Positions 17,305 to 28,014 are shown, numbered from the stretch's first letter. The stretch: 64,000 bases of DNA from an uncultured Ferrovum sp. (GCA_903905585.1 CAIVHB010000051.1:8856-72855); one strand, 5' to 3'. The notes: generated from the sequence alone by a model not told the origin. Numbers and translations are program-made.

Positions 17305-18873
17305 ATGGATTTCGGAATCGCAATTAGTGGACTCAATGCGTCTTCAACCAGCATTGATACCATAGGAAATAATATTTCTAATGCCAGCACGGTAGGTTTT
17401 AAGACGGCCGTGACCGAGTTTGCTGCCCAGTATTTACCTCCCATTGGTGGGGGCTCTGCACAATCAGGTGGAGCAGGGGTGAAAGTACAACAAGTTGCGC
17501 AGCAATTTACCCAAGGCAGTATTACCAACACCGGCAACAGCTTGGATGTTGCGATTGATGGTAATGGTTTTCTTCAACTCAATAATAACGGAGCCACGCA
17601 ATATACGCGCAACGGACAGCTTCAGGTAGACGCCCAAGGCTATCTGGTTTCTAGCAATGGCGCCCGAGTGCAAGGCTATGCCGCGAATGGAAGTGGTGGA
17701 GTCATCGCTGGAACAGTGACAGATCTTAAAATACCTACCGTTGAAAGTGCGCCAACGGTCACCTCAGTCGTTAAGGGAAATCTGAATTTAGATTCGCGTA
17801 GCACTGTTCCTACCACGACTGTTTTTAGCCCAAGTGATCAGACTTCATTTAATAATGAATCGTCTGTGGTCGTCTATGATTCGCTGGGTAACCCACACAC
17901 CCTATCCAATTATTTCAAACTATCCGCTACCCCTGCAGCGGGTGGACCTTCTATTTGGGACGTGTATTCTTACCTAGATGGTAAATCTGCAACTTCATCT
18001 GCGGGGGTACCTAGCGTCACACCGCAATCGAGCAACACAGGGATTACTTCAACCACTGATGTCACGACCACCGCAGGCAGTGGAACGACTGCATACGATG
18101 CCATTAATCTTTTATACAGTGATGCAAATGGCTGGACAGGAACCGATGCAACGCAAACAGGCGCAGCCGTTACGGTAACATCGACGACCAATGCTGACGG
18201 CTCAACGACTTTGGCCCTTTCAACGCTGCTGAATGGTGTGACAGAAACCGGACCTACCGTCACATTATCTGCTTCTGATATTCCTTCAGCGGGTGATCGA
18301 CTTTCGGTGCAGCAGGCGCCAGCAACGTTGACCTTTAATGCTTCAGGGGCGCTCGTAGGAGCCAATGGCAGCACGAGTTCAAATATTGTTTCTTTGGCGG
18401 CGCCATTGACTGATGGATCTACCACTCCGTTGGCGATCAATTATGATTTTACGGGCACGACTCAGTATGGTTCATCTTTTGCGGTGACGGCATTAAGCCA
18501 GAATGGCGGTGGGCCGGGCATACTAACCGGCTTTTCATTTAGTCCGGATGGAACGATTACCGGAACCTATAGCAACGGAAAAACCGGAGCGCTGGGTCAG
18601 GTGACGCTGACTAACTTTGTGAACCCACAAGGTCTTCAGCGAAACGGAGATAACACATGGGTAGCGACGGCTCTTTCAGGAACGCCTATCGCTGCAGCAC
18701 CTGCTGGATCTAACGGAACCGGTTCATTGCAGGGATCTTCTTTAGAGTCTTCTAATGTCGATCTTACAAAAGAACTGGTGAATTTGATTACTGCGCAGCG
18801 TGATTATCAAGCAAGTGCGCAAACCGTCAAGACATTGGATGCTATGTTTAACACCATTGATACCCTGCGCTGA
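17305..18873 (+). CDS. flgE: Flagellar hook protein FlgE (enlarged, 522 aa)
   Basis: N-terminus (GLNASSTSIDTIGNNISNASTVGFK), the FlgE C-terminus (LESSNVDLTKELVNLITAQRDYQASAQ), and a large Ser/Thr-rich central insert. Confidence 0.94.
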   Translation: MDFGIAISGLNASSTSIDTIGNNISNASTVGFKTAVTEFAAQYLPPIGGGSAQSGGAGVKVQQVAQQFTQGSITNTGNSLDVAIDGNGFLQLNNNGATQYTRNGQLQVDAQGYLVSSNGARVQGYAANGSGGVIAGTVTDLKIPTVESAPTVTSVVKGNLNLDSRSTVPTTTVFSPSDQTSFNNESSVVVYDSLGNPHTLSNYFKLSATPAAGGPSIWDVYSYLDGKSATSSAGVPSVTPQSSNTGITSTTDVTTTAGSGTTAYDAINLLYSDANGWTGTDATQTGAAVTVTSTTNADGSTTLALSTLLNGVTETGPTVTLSASDIPSAGDRLSVQQAPATLTFNASGALVGANGSTSSNIVSLAAPLTDGSTTPLAINYDFTGTTQYGSSFAVTALSQNGGGPGILTGFSFSPDGTITGTYSNGKTGALGQVTLTNFVNPQGLQRNGDNTWVATALSGTPIAAAPAGSNGTGSLQGSSLESSNVDLTKELVNLITAQRDYQASAQTVKTLDAMFNTIDTLR

Positions 18874-18882
18874 GGTGACTAA

Positions 18883-19647
18883 ATGGATCGCATGATTTAT
18901 ACGGCTATGACCGGTGCCAAGCAGACGATGGAGCAGCAAGCCACCGTTTCCAATAACTTGGCCAACGTCAACACCACCGCTTTTCGCTCGGAGCTTGCTA
19001 CATTTCGTGCGGTCCCTATTCTTGGAAAAGCACAACCCACCCGAGCCTTTGTAACCGATTCAACCCCCGGGGCCGATTTTACGCCAGGTAATTTTCAGCA
19101 GACGGGTCGCGCCCTCGACGTTGCGGTTCAAGGCACGGGTTGGATTGCGGTAAGAGCCAATGATGGTTCAGAGGCGTATACCCGAGATGGAAATTTGCAA
19201 GTACAAGCTAACGGACTATTAACTACACACAATGGGACAACCGTCCTGAGCGATCCTGGCCCCGGCGCACCCCCCGCTCCTATCACTATTCCTCCTAATA
19301 CAGTGGTGACCGTAGCCCCTGATGGAACGGTTTCAGCAACTACGTCGCAAGGCGGGAATATTCCTCCCATCGTGACAGTGGCCGGAAAAATTCGCTTAGT
19401 TGATCCTCCTGCAAGCAACATGATGCGCCGCGATGATGGCTTGTTTCAAACCCGTGATGGTCAAGCAGCCGCTCCGAGCGCACGTGTGCAAGTTGCATCC
19501 GGAAACTTAGAGAGTAGTAATGTCAATTTAACGCACCAAATGGTGCAAATGATCGAGCTATCTCGACAGTACGAACTGAACACAAAAATGATTACCACCG
19601 CGAGTGACAATGAAAAATCTGCTAGTCAGTTATTGACCTTAAGCTGA
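18883..19647 (+). CDS. flgF: Flagellar proximal rod protein FlgF
   Basis: MDRMIYTAMTGAKQTMEQQATVSNNLANVNTTAFR...LESSNVNLTHQMVQMIELSRQYE. Confidence 0.94.
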   Translation: MDRMIYTAMTGAKQTMEQQATVSNNLANVNTTAFRSELATFRAVPILGKAQPTRAFVTDSTPGADFTPGNFQQTGRALDVAVQGTGWIAVRANDGSEAYTRDGNLQVQANGLLTTHNGTTVLSDPGPGAPPAPITIPPNTVVTVAPDGTVSATTSQGGNIPPIVTVAGKIRLVDPPASNMMRRDDGLFQTRDGQAAAPSARVQVASGNLESSNVNLTHQMVQMIELSRQYELNTKMITTASDNEKSASQLLTLS

Positions 19648-19686
19648 TTCATTCAACCCAAATAACTTAACGACGAGACCCCAGCC

Positions 19687-20469
19687 ATGAACCGTACTCT
19701 AGCGATCGCAAAAACAGGAATGGACGCCCAGCAAACGCAAATGGATGTTATTTCAAACAACCTAGCCAACGTAGGAACTAATGGCTTTAAAGCTTCGCGC
19801 GCAGTGTTTGAGGATTTGATTTATCAAACCATTCGTGCTCCGGGAGCGCCTAGCAGTACGCAGACTAATTTGCCCTCAGGATTGCAACTGGGTACAGGTG
19901 TGCAACCCGTCGCCTCAGAGCGGATTCTTACGCAAGGTAACCTCACTGCTACTGGAAACCCAAAGGATGTTGCAATCAGTGGTAATGGCTACTTTCAGGT
20001 GCTGATGCCGGATGGCACAACGGGTTATACCCGAGATGGCGCCTTTCAAACCGATGCAACCGGGCAACTTGTAACCGCAAATGGTTATGTGATTCAGCCG
20101 CCCATTACTATTCCTGCAAATACCTTAACAGTAAATATTGCTGCAGATGGCACCGTTGCTGTGACGCAACCTGGAACAGCTACCCCAGTTCAGATTGGCA
20201 ATGTGCAGTTAGCGATGTTCCAAAACCCCGCAGGCCTGAACGCATTAGGTGGAAATATCTACCAAGAAAGCGGTTCATCCGGCAATGCAGCTACGACTGC
20301 ACCAGGTCAAAATGGGGCAGGCTCTTTGCAAGCAGGATATATCGAAACCTCCAACGTGAATGTGGTTGAAGAACTGGTGAATATGATCCAAACCCAGCGT
20401 ACTTATGAAATCAATAGCAAGGCGATTTCAACTGCCGATCAGATGTTAGCCAAACTTTCTCAGATGTAA
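19687..20469 (+). CDS. flgG: Flagellar distal rod protein FlgG
   Basis: A 260-aa protein with [13 protein letters not shown]...[19 protein letters not shown]...[23 protein letters not shown]. Confidence 0.96.
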   Translation: MNRTLAIAKTGMDAQQTQMDVISNNLANVGTNGFKASRAVFEDLIYQTIRAPGAPSSTQTNLPSGLQLGTGVQPVASERILTQGNLTATGNPKDVAISGNGYFQVLMPDGTTGYTRDGAFQTDATGQLVTANGYVIQPPITIPANTLTVNIAADGTVAVTQPGTATPVQIGNVQLAMFQNPAGLNALGGNIYQESGSSGNAATTAPGQNGAGSLQAGYIETSNVNVVEELVNMIQTQRTYEINSKAISTADQMLAKLSQM

Positions 20470-20472
20470 ACC

Positions 20473-21168
20473 ATGAAAAAATTAATTTCACTTCACTCGC
20501 TTAGTATTGTTTCTGCGCTTGCTCTGGGCTTATCAGGGTGTGCTCATGAACCCGCTCCTCATTCCATTATTTCCCAGCCATCAACAGCACGTCCTGCGCT
20601 GGCTGTCGAGGATCCCGAGCCTACCGGAGGGATTTATCAAACCCGTCCTGGTTACGGATATCGCCCCATTTTTGAAGATCGGCGTGCACGCCAAGTGGGC
20701 GATACGATTATCGTTACCTTAAACGAAAGTACAACAGCAAGTAAGAAGTCTTCAGCAGATGCTTCCCGGGCCACTTCTTCTGCTTTAACGATATCCCCTA
20801 TCACGGGTTTGCCGACTTTGGGTTTGGCAAATGCGAGCTTAACCGGAACCAATACCACCAAATTTGCCGGTGCAGGGGATGCTGCTGCGACCAATACTTT
20901 TACTGGCACCATTACCGTAACGGTCATCGAGGTGCTTTCCAATGGAAATATGGTGGTGAGTGGAGAAAAACAAATTGCGGTGAATCAAGGAACAGAATTC
21001 ATACGCTTGGCGGGTATTGTGAATCCAGCAAATATCTTGTCTGGAAACACCGTTTCTTCTACCCAGATTGCGGATGCAAAACTTGAGTACAAGGCAAATG
21101 GCTTTGTCAACGATGCCCAAGAAATGGGTTGGATGCAACGCGCATTCTTAAAAGTGTCGCCTTTCTAA
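20473..21168 (+). CDS. flgH: Flagellar L-ring lipoprotein FlgH
   Basis: Lipobox LSGC and the FlgH core (ARQVGDTIIVTLNE...MVVSGEKQIAVNQGTEFIRLAGIVNP). Confidence 0.95.
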   Translation: MKKLISLHSLSIVSALALGLSGCAHEPAPHSIISQPSTARPALAVEDPEPTGGIYQTRPGYGYRPIFEDRRARQVGDTIIVTLNESTTASKKSSADASRATSSALTISPITGLPTLGLANASLTGTNTTKFAGAGDAAATNTFTGTITVTVIEVLSNGNMVVSGEKQIAVNQGTEFIRLAGIVNPANILSGNTVSSTQIADAKLEYKANGFVNDAQEMGWMQRAFLKVSPF

Positions 21169-21175
21169 GAGACTA

Positions 21176-22333
21176 ATGAACATGTTTTCAACTGCCCACT
21201 CGATCATGAACCGCTTAATGAGCGGTGTTGCACAACCCATCAATATTCTATTCACCACTTTAATGGTCTTGATGTTGAGCACTCCTTGCTATGCCGAACG
21301 GATTAAAGATATTGCCAATATCCAGGGGGTACGTCCCAATCAATTAGTGGGGTATGGTTTGGTGGTGGGTTTGGATGGAACGGGTGACCAGACGACGCAG
21401 ACGCCTTTCACGGTTCAAAGTTTGATCACCATGATGGGGCAGTTAGGGGTGAATCTTCCTCCCGGAACCAGTTTGCAGTTGAAAAATGTGGCTGCTGTAG
21501 CGGTAACGGCTGAACTTCCTGCCTTTGCGCAACCGGGTCAACGCTTGGACGTCGTGGTGGGATCCATTGGTAACGCAAAGAGTTTGCGAGGCGGAACACT
21601 TTTGATGACCGCACTGAAAGGGATTGATGGTCAAGTGTATGCCTTGGCCCAAGGTAACGTAGTGATTGGTGGATCAGGGGCTTCATCGGGTGGTGCCTCA
21701 AAACAAGTCAATCAGCTTTCCGCAGGGCGTATTTCTGAAGGGGGCACAGTGGAGCGCGTGGTTCCTACGAAGGTTGGAACCAATGGTATTTTGCACCTAG
21801 AGCTTCACAAAACAGATTTCGGTACTTCACAGAAGATTGAAGAAGCCATTAACAAGAAATTTACGGGTGATATTGCACGCGCAGTGAATGGCCGAACCAT
21901 TGATGTGCGCGTACCTGAGGCGGCGGATGATCTTGTGAAATTTATCTCTGAGCTTGAGTCACTCTCTGTCACCCCCGCCCAAGGCTCTGCGCGCGTGGTG
22001 GTGAATGCGCGCAGTGGTGCAGTGGTGATGAATCAGAATGTCATTCTAGAGCCCTGTGCTGTCGCTCAAGGCAGTCTCTCAGTAACCATTACGCCGGATC
22101 CTTCTGTTAGCCAACCCAATCCTCTTTCGAATGGGGTCACGGCGGATACAACCAAAACCAACATTGATATTAAGCAAGAGGGGGGGGCGCTGATTAGTTT
22201 GAAAGGGGGCGCAACCCTCAATGATGTGGTGAGGGCCTTGAATACCTTAGGCGCAACACCTGGTGATTTGATTTCGATTCTGGAAGCATTAAGGGCTTCT
22301 GGAGCACTCCACGCTAATTTAGAAATTATCTAA
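21176..22333 (+). CDS. flgI: Flagellar P-ring protein FlgI
   Basis: Signal peptide followed by ERIKDIANIQGVRPNQLVGYGLVVGLDGTGD...LRGGTLLMT.L.G.DG.VYA.AQG. Confidence 0.96.
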   Translation: MNMFSTAHSIMNRLMSGVAQPINILFTTLMVLMLSTPCYAERIKDIANIQGVRPNQLVGYGLVVGLDGTGDQTTQTPFTVQSLITMMGQLGVNLPPGTSLQLKNVAAVAVTAELPAFAQPGQRLDVVVGSIGNAKSLRGGTLLMTALKGIDGQVYALAQGNVVIGGSGASSGGASKQVNQLSAGRISEGGTVERVVPTKVGTNGILHLELHKTDFGTSQKIEEAINKKFTGDIARAVNGRTIDVRVPEAADDLVKFISELESLSVTPAQGSARVVVNARSGAVVMNQNVILEPCAVAQGSLSVTITPDPSVSQPNPLSNGVTADTTKTNIDIKQEGGALISLKGGATLNDVVRALNTLGATPGDLISILEALRASGALHANLEII

Positions 22334-22344
22334 GGCCCATCCTC

Positions 22345-23319
22345 ATGGCTATTGATCCTTCTCACAAACTTGGTCTGTCGATTGACCCTGCTTCATTGCA
22401 GGCCTTGAAAAATCAATCTCACAATGCACCTGAGGCGTCATTGAAGACGGCTGCCAAGCAGTTTGAAGGCGTCTTTTTGAATATGATGCTCAAGAGCATG
22501 CGAGATACCGTGCCCCAAGATGGCCCAGGAAATAGCCAACAAACTAAAATGTTTCAGGGCATGTTAGATGAGCAATATGCTTCTGCTTTGAGCCAGGGGC
22601 GAGGTTTAGGTCTGGCTGATATGATTGTCCGACAATTTAAGGCTAATGGTCAGGTGGCTGCTTCAACGGATGATGTTTCTGGTGGATCGCCCAGTACTGG
22701 GGCGTCATCAGCGAGCTCAAGCGTCGACGCTGCTTTATCTGCTAAGGATAGTGTTCCCGTTCGTTTGCCTAGCGTATCTCTTCCAGCGGGTATTTCGTTG
22801 CCAAGCTCAAACGCAACCTCTCCTGCAAATACGGAAGCTTTAGGTAAAACCTCTTCTTCAGCCCCCGCTTCTTTTAAAGAAAAAATGGCTGATTTTGCTG
22901 CCTCAGCCAGCAAGGCAACGGGTATTCCAGCACATTTCTTAATTGCTCAAGCCGGACTAGAAAGTGGTTGGGGTAAACATCAACCTTTAAATACGAATGG
23001 TTCGCCTAGTTTCAACTTATTTGGTATCAAAGCCGGAGCGAATTGGAATGGTCCCGTGGTGAAGGCGACCACTACTGAGGTAGTGAATGGCGTGGCGCAA
23101 AAAGTCGTTCAGACTTTTAGAGCGTATAGTTCTTACACAGAAGCTTTTCATGACTATGCTTCTTTGCTGAGTGGTAGCGCCCGCTATGCCAAAGCCTTAG
23201 CCGCTAATACCGCGCAAGATTTTTCAAGTGCTTTGCAAAAAGCAGGTTATGCAACGGATCCCGCCTATGCTCAAAAAATTAAAAGTGCTATTAGGATGAT
23301 AGGAGGGGTATCAGCGTGA
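22345..23319 (+). CDS. flgJ: Rod assembly protein / peptidoglycan hydrolase FlgJ
   Basis: N-terminal rod-binding domain (AAKQFEGVFLNMMLKSMR) plus a C-terminal glucosaminidase domain (AQAGLESGWGK...NLFGIKA...FRAYSSY..F.DYA.LL). Confidence 0.93.
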   Translation: MAIDPSHKLGLSIDPASLQALKNQSHNAPEASLKTAAKQFEGVFLNMMLKSMRDTVPQDGPGNSQQTKMFQGMLDEQYASALSQGRGLGLADMIVRQFKANGQVAASTDDVSGGSPSTGASSASSSVDAALSAKDSVPVRLPSVSLPAGISLPSSNATSPANTEALGKTSSSAPASFKEKMADFAASASKATGIPAHFLIAQAGLESGWGKHQPLNTNGSPSFNLFGIKAGANWNGPVVKATTTEVVNGVAQKVVQTFRAYSSYTEAFHDYASLLSGSARYAKALAANTAQDFSSALQKAGYATDPAYAQKIKSAIRMIGGVSA

Positions 23320-23343
23320 TTCGCTTCCTCAGTCAGTGTTGCT

Positions 23344-23370
23344 TCAAGTTTCACCTCAACCTGCCGTTAG
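23344..23370 (+). promoter_or_regulatory. Sigma-28-type promoter for flgKL
   Basis: TCAAGTTT-N11-GCCGTTAG. The -10 element ends 62 nt upstream of the flgK ATG, in the 113-bp flgJ-flgK gap. Confidence 0.6.
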
Positions 23371-23432
23371 TCTCGGTGAGCCATGATGAAATGGTTCTGA
23401 AGATTTATAGCTGCTAAATCAGCGGATACACT

Positions 23433-25382
23433 ATGAGCGTTGTTAACCCCAATTTTTTTAATACCGCCGTAACGGGCTTGAACTACGCAAGCTCTGCATT
23501 GGCGGTTGTGTCAAACAATATCTCCAATTCAAGCCAGGCTGGCTATACGCGTGAGGTCGTTACCAACGTGAATCCGACCGGGGGTGGGGCGGGTGGGGTT
23601 CTTGTGGGGGAACGCCAGACCAGTGTGTATTTAAACGCCAATTTAATTAATGCTCAATCGAATGCCAGCGAGCAGGGTGCCTATGCACAGTATGCAACCC
23701 AATTAAACACAATCCTTGCTAGTACTACCGCAACTGGTACTTCAAACAATATTGCCACTGATATTGGCGGCTCGATTCAGAATTTCTTTTCTAGTGTGAA
23801 CACATTGGCGACAACAACAGGAGATGCGACGGGGGCTGCGCGGAATGCGGTGCTTACCAATGCCACTATTTTAACCTCGCAATTTTCTTCTGTTGGAAAC
23901 CAAATTAATAGCTTAAGTTCTCAAGTAGAACAAAACATTAACAGCGACATCGGAAGCATTAACGCGCTCGCCAAACAGATTGCTTCCGTCAATCAAAACA
24001 TACAGCAAGCACAAGGGCAAAGCCTGATTCAACCTCCCAATAATCTTCAGGATCAGCGGGATCAGTTGCTTCAGCAACTCAGTAAATTGGTTGGGGTCAC
24101 GACCTTACCCCAAAGCGACGGCACCTATTCTGTTTTTATTGGTCAAGGGCAAGCGCTGGTGTTGGGGACCACAGCTCAGAATTTGCAAGGTGCTACCTCT
24201 TCCACGGATCCTAGTAAGACCATATTGTCTTATTCCTCTCCCAATGGCCCGATCGCCATTCCAGATAATCAAGTGGTAGGAGGAGAACTCGGTGCTTTGG
24301 TTCAGTTTCGTGCGCAAACCTTAGCGCCAGCTGCCCAGGCTTTGGGCCAATTGTCTACCAGCTTTGCCGCGACTATTAATAATCAGCTTGCACTCGGGCG
24401 CGATCAGAATCAAAAACAGGGCGCCCCAATGTTTGGTTTGCCCCTGATCCCTAGCTCGGCCGCAACGACCAATACGGGTAATGGGGTGTTAGCCGTGACC
24501 ATGACTAACCCTGCGCTCACCTATCCTAGCGACTATTCCGTCAAATTTGACGGGACAAACTATACGATCACACGCATCTCTGATGGTTCAGGTGGCGTGG
24601 ACACGAATGGAAGCGCGATCTCTGCTGCGACCACCTATTCATCCTTGCCACAAACTGTTGATGGTTTAAATTTTTCTTTGAGCAGCGGTCAGATGCAAGC
24701 CGGAGACGCCATTACTGTATATCCCTATGACCAGACGATGGGTGGGGTTAAGGTGATCATGACCAATGGTGCCAACATTGCTGCGGCAGGGGGGGCCATT
24801 GCTGTTTCTGCCAACGCTACGAATGCAGGTTCAGGATCGCTCGCCATCACCGGATTAACCGGAACACTCGCAAGCAATCTGCCTTCTAGTACTGCCAATG
24901 TTAAATTTGTAGATAGTACGCATTATCAAGTGCAGCAAGGAAGCGGAAGCTATGGCGAAAGTACAGCGCTGGTGAATAACCAGGTCACTGTCAATGGCGT
25001 TACGATGACTTTGACGGGTTATCCTAAGTCAGGCGATACCTTTTCTTTGGGCCCCAATAATTTTGGTATCGCTGATAACAGCAACGTTGCGGCACTGGAT
25101 ACCCTTCAAACCTCAAGTACTTTGCTGGGTAATACCACAAACTTTAGTTCTTATTATAGTTCTATCATCGGCACGGTTGGTTTGGCAGGGCAACTGTATC
25201 AAGCGACGAGCCAGGCAGCGAACAATTCATTGACTACCGCTACCACATCACAACAAACTGTTTCTGGTGTGAATCTGGATGAAGAAGCTGCAAACTTGTT
25301 GAACTATCAGCGCCAATATCAAGCTTCTGCCAAAGTGATTACGGTCGCGAGTTCATTATTCCAATCCTTGCTTCAAATCTAA
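23433..25382 (+). CDS. flgK: Hook-filament junction protein FlgK (HAP1)
   Basis: N-terminus (GLNYASSALAVVSNNISNSSQAGYTRE) and C-terminus (VSGVNLDEEAANLLNYQRQYQASAKVI). Confidence 0.94.
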   Translation: MSVVNPNFFNTAVTGLNYASSALAVVSNNISNSSQAGYTREVVTNVNPTGGGAGGVLVGERQTSVYLNANLINAQSNASEQGAYAQYATQLNTILASTTATGTSNNIATDIGGSIQNFFSSVNTLATTTGDATGAARNAVLTNATILTSQFSSVGNQINSLSSQVEQNINSDIGSINALAKQIASVNQNIQQAQGQSLIQPPNNLQDQRDQLLQQLSKLVGVTTLPQSDGTYSVFIGQGQALVLGTTAQNLQGATSSTDPSKTILSYSSPNGPIAIPDNQVVGGELGALVQFRAQTLAPAAQALGQLSTSFAATINNQLALGRDQNQKQGAPMFGLPLIPSSAATTNTGNGVLAVTMTNPALTYPSDYSVKFDGTNYTITRISDGSGGVDTNGSAISAATTYSSLPQTVDGLNFSLSSGQMQAGDAITVYPYDQTMGGVKVIMTNGANIAAAGGAIAVSANATNAGSGSLAITGLTGTLASNLPSSTANVKFVDSTHYQVQQGSGSYGESTALVNNQVTVNGVTMTLTGYPKSGDTFSLGPNNFGIADNSNVAALDTLQTSSTLLGNTTNFSSYYSSIIGTVGLAGQLYQATSQAANNSLTTATTSQQTVSGVNLDEEAANLLNYQRQYQASAKVITVASSLFQSLLQI

Positions 25383-25398
25383 GGACTAGGTTTTTATC

Positions 25399-27207
25399 AT
25401 GAGAATTTCTTCTTCTACTATTTTCACCAATGCTGTTGCTGCGATGAATCTGCAAGAAAATATTATTGCTAAAGATCAGCAGCAAGTGTCTTCAGGGTCA
25501 AGGATTAACTCACCGCAAGATGATCCTTTTGCTGCCGCTACTTCGGTTATTTTGAATCAGCAAGTGTCGAGAATTAATGATTTCACCCAAAATCGGAGTT
25601 CGGTTGAGTCTAATTTAAATCAGTTGGGATCGACCTTAAGTTCGATCACTTCAACCTTGCAAAGCGTTTCACAGAGTTTGGTGCAGGCAGGGTCTCCCAC
25701 ATTGTCTGGTAGTGATCGTCAGAGCCTAGCTACTGCGCTGCAGGGTAATTTAGATTCATTGGTGAGTTTTGCCAATATTCAGGATGGAAATGGCAACTAT
25801 GTTTTTAGTGGCTATCAGACTTACACACAGCCCTATGATAAGGGTAATTTCATCAGCAGCTCTGCGAATTCTGCCAATACAGGAACAGCCAGTATTGCAC
25901 TCACAAACACATCCTTAAATGCTCCTTTGCCCGGCTCAGCAACGATTACTATCAATTCGTACACGGCTGCAGATCCCACCACTATTCCTGTGACACCTCA
26001 GCAGTTCACATACAGCATTACTGGATTACCGAACGCGAAAGACAATGTGACGAATGCGTCTTCTGATAGTAATGGTTTGATTGATCTCACAAACGGCGGA
26101 ACTGCAATAGGAACGCTCAGCTTGAGCGGAACCCCCACCGTGGGAGATAGTTTCACGATTATTCCCAAGCCCGTCACCTACCAAGGTGATCAGGGGGCCC
26201 GTTCTGTAGAAGTCAATGATGGGCAGTTTGTGAATACAACCCTAGTAGGCACAGACGTATTTGGTTCGATTCCTACTGGGAATGGAACATTTGCAACCTC
26301 ATCTTATGGATCAAACACGGGTTCAGGTGTCATTAGTCCCGGATCTGTTACCACTTCATCTGCGTTAACGGGTAATCAGTATGCGATTACCTTTAGCGGT
26401 AGTGCGGGCCAAGTCACTGCTGGTAACCAGAATACCGGGTCTGTTTCGTATAACCAAGGCAGTGCAAGTGGAACCCCCACCACTAACGATCAATATAATG
26501 TTGTTTTTTCTATAACAAATGGAGAAACACAATTCACCATTGCTGATATGAGTACGGGTGTGACCTCTGCTGCACAATCGTATACATCAGGTTCCGCTAT
26601 TTCACTGCCGAATGGCGCCTCTTTTTCTCTGAGCGGAAATCCCGCTTCAGGCGATAGCTTCTCTTATGTTCCGGGTCCAGCGACTACTTACAGCATTCAG
26701 AATTTGACAACGGGCCAACCGGTATCAGGTCAGACCAATGTGAGTTTCAAATCAGGGAATGCCATTCAGTTTGATGGGATGAGCATGACTATTAATGGGG
26801 CGCCTAGTTCTAATGACACGTTCTCAGTGAATCCTTCAACGACTACGGATGTGTTCACTGTTATTCAGAATGCGATTAATGCGCTTAAAGCGCCCGCTGG
26901 ATCTGCGCAGCAAAGTGGCTCTCAGCTCTCAAATGCTATCTCAATTGCGCAGCAGGGCATTTCGGGTGCAATCACCCAAGTAGATCTGGGGCAATCACAA
27001 GTGGGTGGGCGCACGAATGTGTTAACTGCACTCGACAGCGCTACAGCGCTCAATAAAATCAGTTTGCAAAAACAAATTTCCGTCCTGACGAGCACCGATG
27101 AGGCGGCTGCCATTAGTGATCTTTCTCAGGCAACAGTGGCATTAACGGCGGCCCAAAAATGCTTCGTGCAGGTTCAGGGATTAAACCTCTTCTCTTTTAT
27201 TCAATAA
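25399..27207 (+). CDS. flgL: Hook-filament junction protein FlgL (HAP3), unusually long (602 aa)
   Basis: Flagellin-like N-terminus (MRISSSTIFTNAVAAMNLQ...SSGSRINSPQDDP) and C-terminus (AAISDLSQATVALTAAQKCFVQVQGLNLFSFI). A ~330-aa Ser/Thr/Gly/Asn-rich insert lies between them. Confidence 0.9.
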   Translation: MRISSSTIFTNAVAAMNLQENIIAKDQQQVSSGSRINSPQDDPFAAATSVILNQQVSRINDFTQNRSSVESNLNQLGSTLSSITSTLQSVSQSLVQAGSPTLSGSDRQSLATALQGNLDSLVSFANIQDGNGNYVFSGYQTYTQPYDKGNFISSSANSANTGTASIALTNTSLNAPLPGSATITINSYTAADPTTIPVTPQQFTYSITGLPNAKDNVTNASSDSNGLIDLTNGGTAIGTLSLSGTPTVGDSFTIIPKPVTYQGDQGARSVEVNDGQFVNTTLVGTDVFGSIPTGNGTFATSSYGSNTGSGVISPGSVTTSSALTGNQYAITFSGSAGQVTAGNQNTGSVSYNQGSASGTPTTNDQYNVVFSITNGETQFTIADMSTGVTSAAQSYTSGSAISLPNGASFSLSGNPASGDSFSYVPGPATTYSIQNLTTGQPVSGQTNVSFKSGNAIQFDGMSMTINGAPSSNDTFSVNPSTTTDVFTVIQNAINALKAPAGSAQQSGSQLSNAISIAQQGISGAITQVDLGQSQVGGRTNVLTALDSATALNKISLQKQISVLTSTDEAAAISDLSQATVALTAAQKCFVQVQGLNLFSFIQ

Positions 27208-27215
27208 ATTGCTTT

Positions 27216-27995
27216 TTACATTGCTGCCGCTGCGCGAGTAATCCCATCTAAAGAGACCTCCCAGAGCTTGTCAAAAGCCCTCAACCAACCGGGCATGCCA
27301 ATCATCATTAAGAACAGGCCTGCTGCAAGGGTAATAGGAAAACCAATCGAAAAAAGATTGAGTTGTGGTGCGGCTTTTGAAAGCATACCCAAAGACAGAT
27401 TTACAATAATCAGGGTAATGGTGACAGGGAGGGCCATCACTAAACCATGTAAGCAGAGCACCCCTCCATACGCCGAGAGCATTTTTATTCCTTCTGTTTT
27501 AAATCCTATTTCTGCAATAGGTAGGGTTTTAAATGTTTGGGCGAGTGCGCCAAACATGGCGAGATGACCATCAATCGCAAAAAAAACCAGACCTGATAAG
27601 GCCACCATCAAGGCGCTTAATGAAGTTGCAGAAGATTCGCTATTAGGATCATATAAAGTGGCAAAGCCAAGGCCCATTTGCGTTCCCGCTAACTCAGATG
27701 CAAGGCTCACTGAAGCAAACAGGATTTGCATCAGCATGCCCAAAGAAACCCCTATGAGGATTTCTCTGATCAGTACTCCTATCCCTTCCCAAGATCCTAC
27801 TGTCACAGCTGGCAGGGGGCCAAGTGAAGGCGAAATAGCCAGTGTAATGACCGTACCCAGCAAGATACGAGCGGGGACGGGTATTCCTGTGTCGGAGATA
27901 AAAGGTGCGGTCATGATCAGCGCCAAAACCCGGGCGAGCGGCCAAATCAGCATGGCAAGCCAGAGCTGAAGCTGCGCATCTGTGAAATTGATCAT
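27216..27995 (-). CDS. fliR: Flagellar export apparatus protein FliR
   Basis: A 259-aa polytopic membrane protein that ends the fliL-R block, with a FliR-like N-terminus (WLAMLIWPLARVLALIMTAPF). Confidence 0.92.
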   Translation of the reverse strand: MINFTDAQLQLWLAMLIWPLARVLALIMTAPFISDTGIPVPARILLGTVITLAISPSLGPLPAVTVGSWEGIGVLIREILIGVSLGMLMQILFASVSLASELAGTQMGLGFATLYDPNSESSATSLSALMVALSGLVFFAIDGHLAMFGALAQTFKTLPIAEIGFKTEGIKMLSAYGGVLCLHGLVMALPVTITLIIVNLSLGMLSKAAPQLNLFSIGFPITLAAGLFLMMIGMPGWLRAFDKLWEVSLDGITRAAAAM

Positions 27996-28014
27996 GGGGA
28001 TTTGAGCGTGCCGC

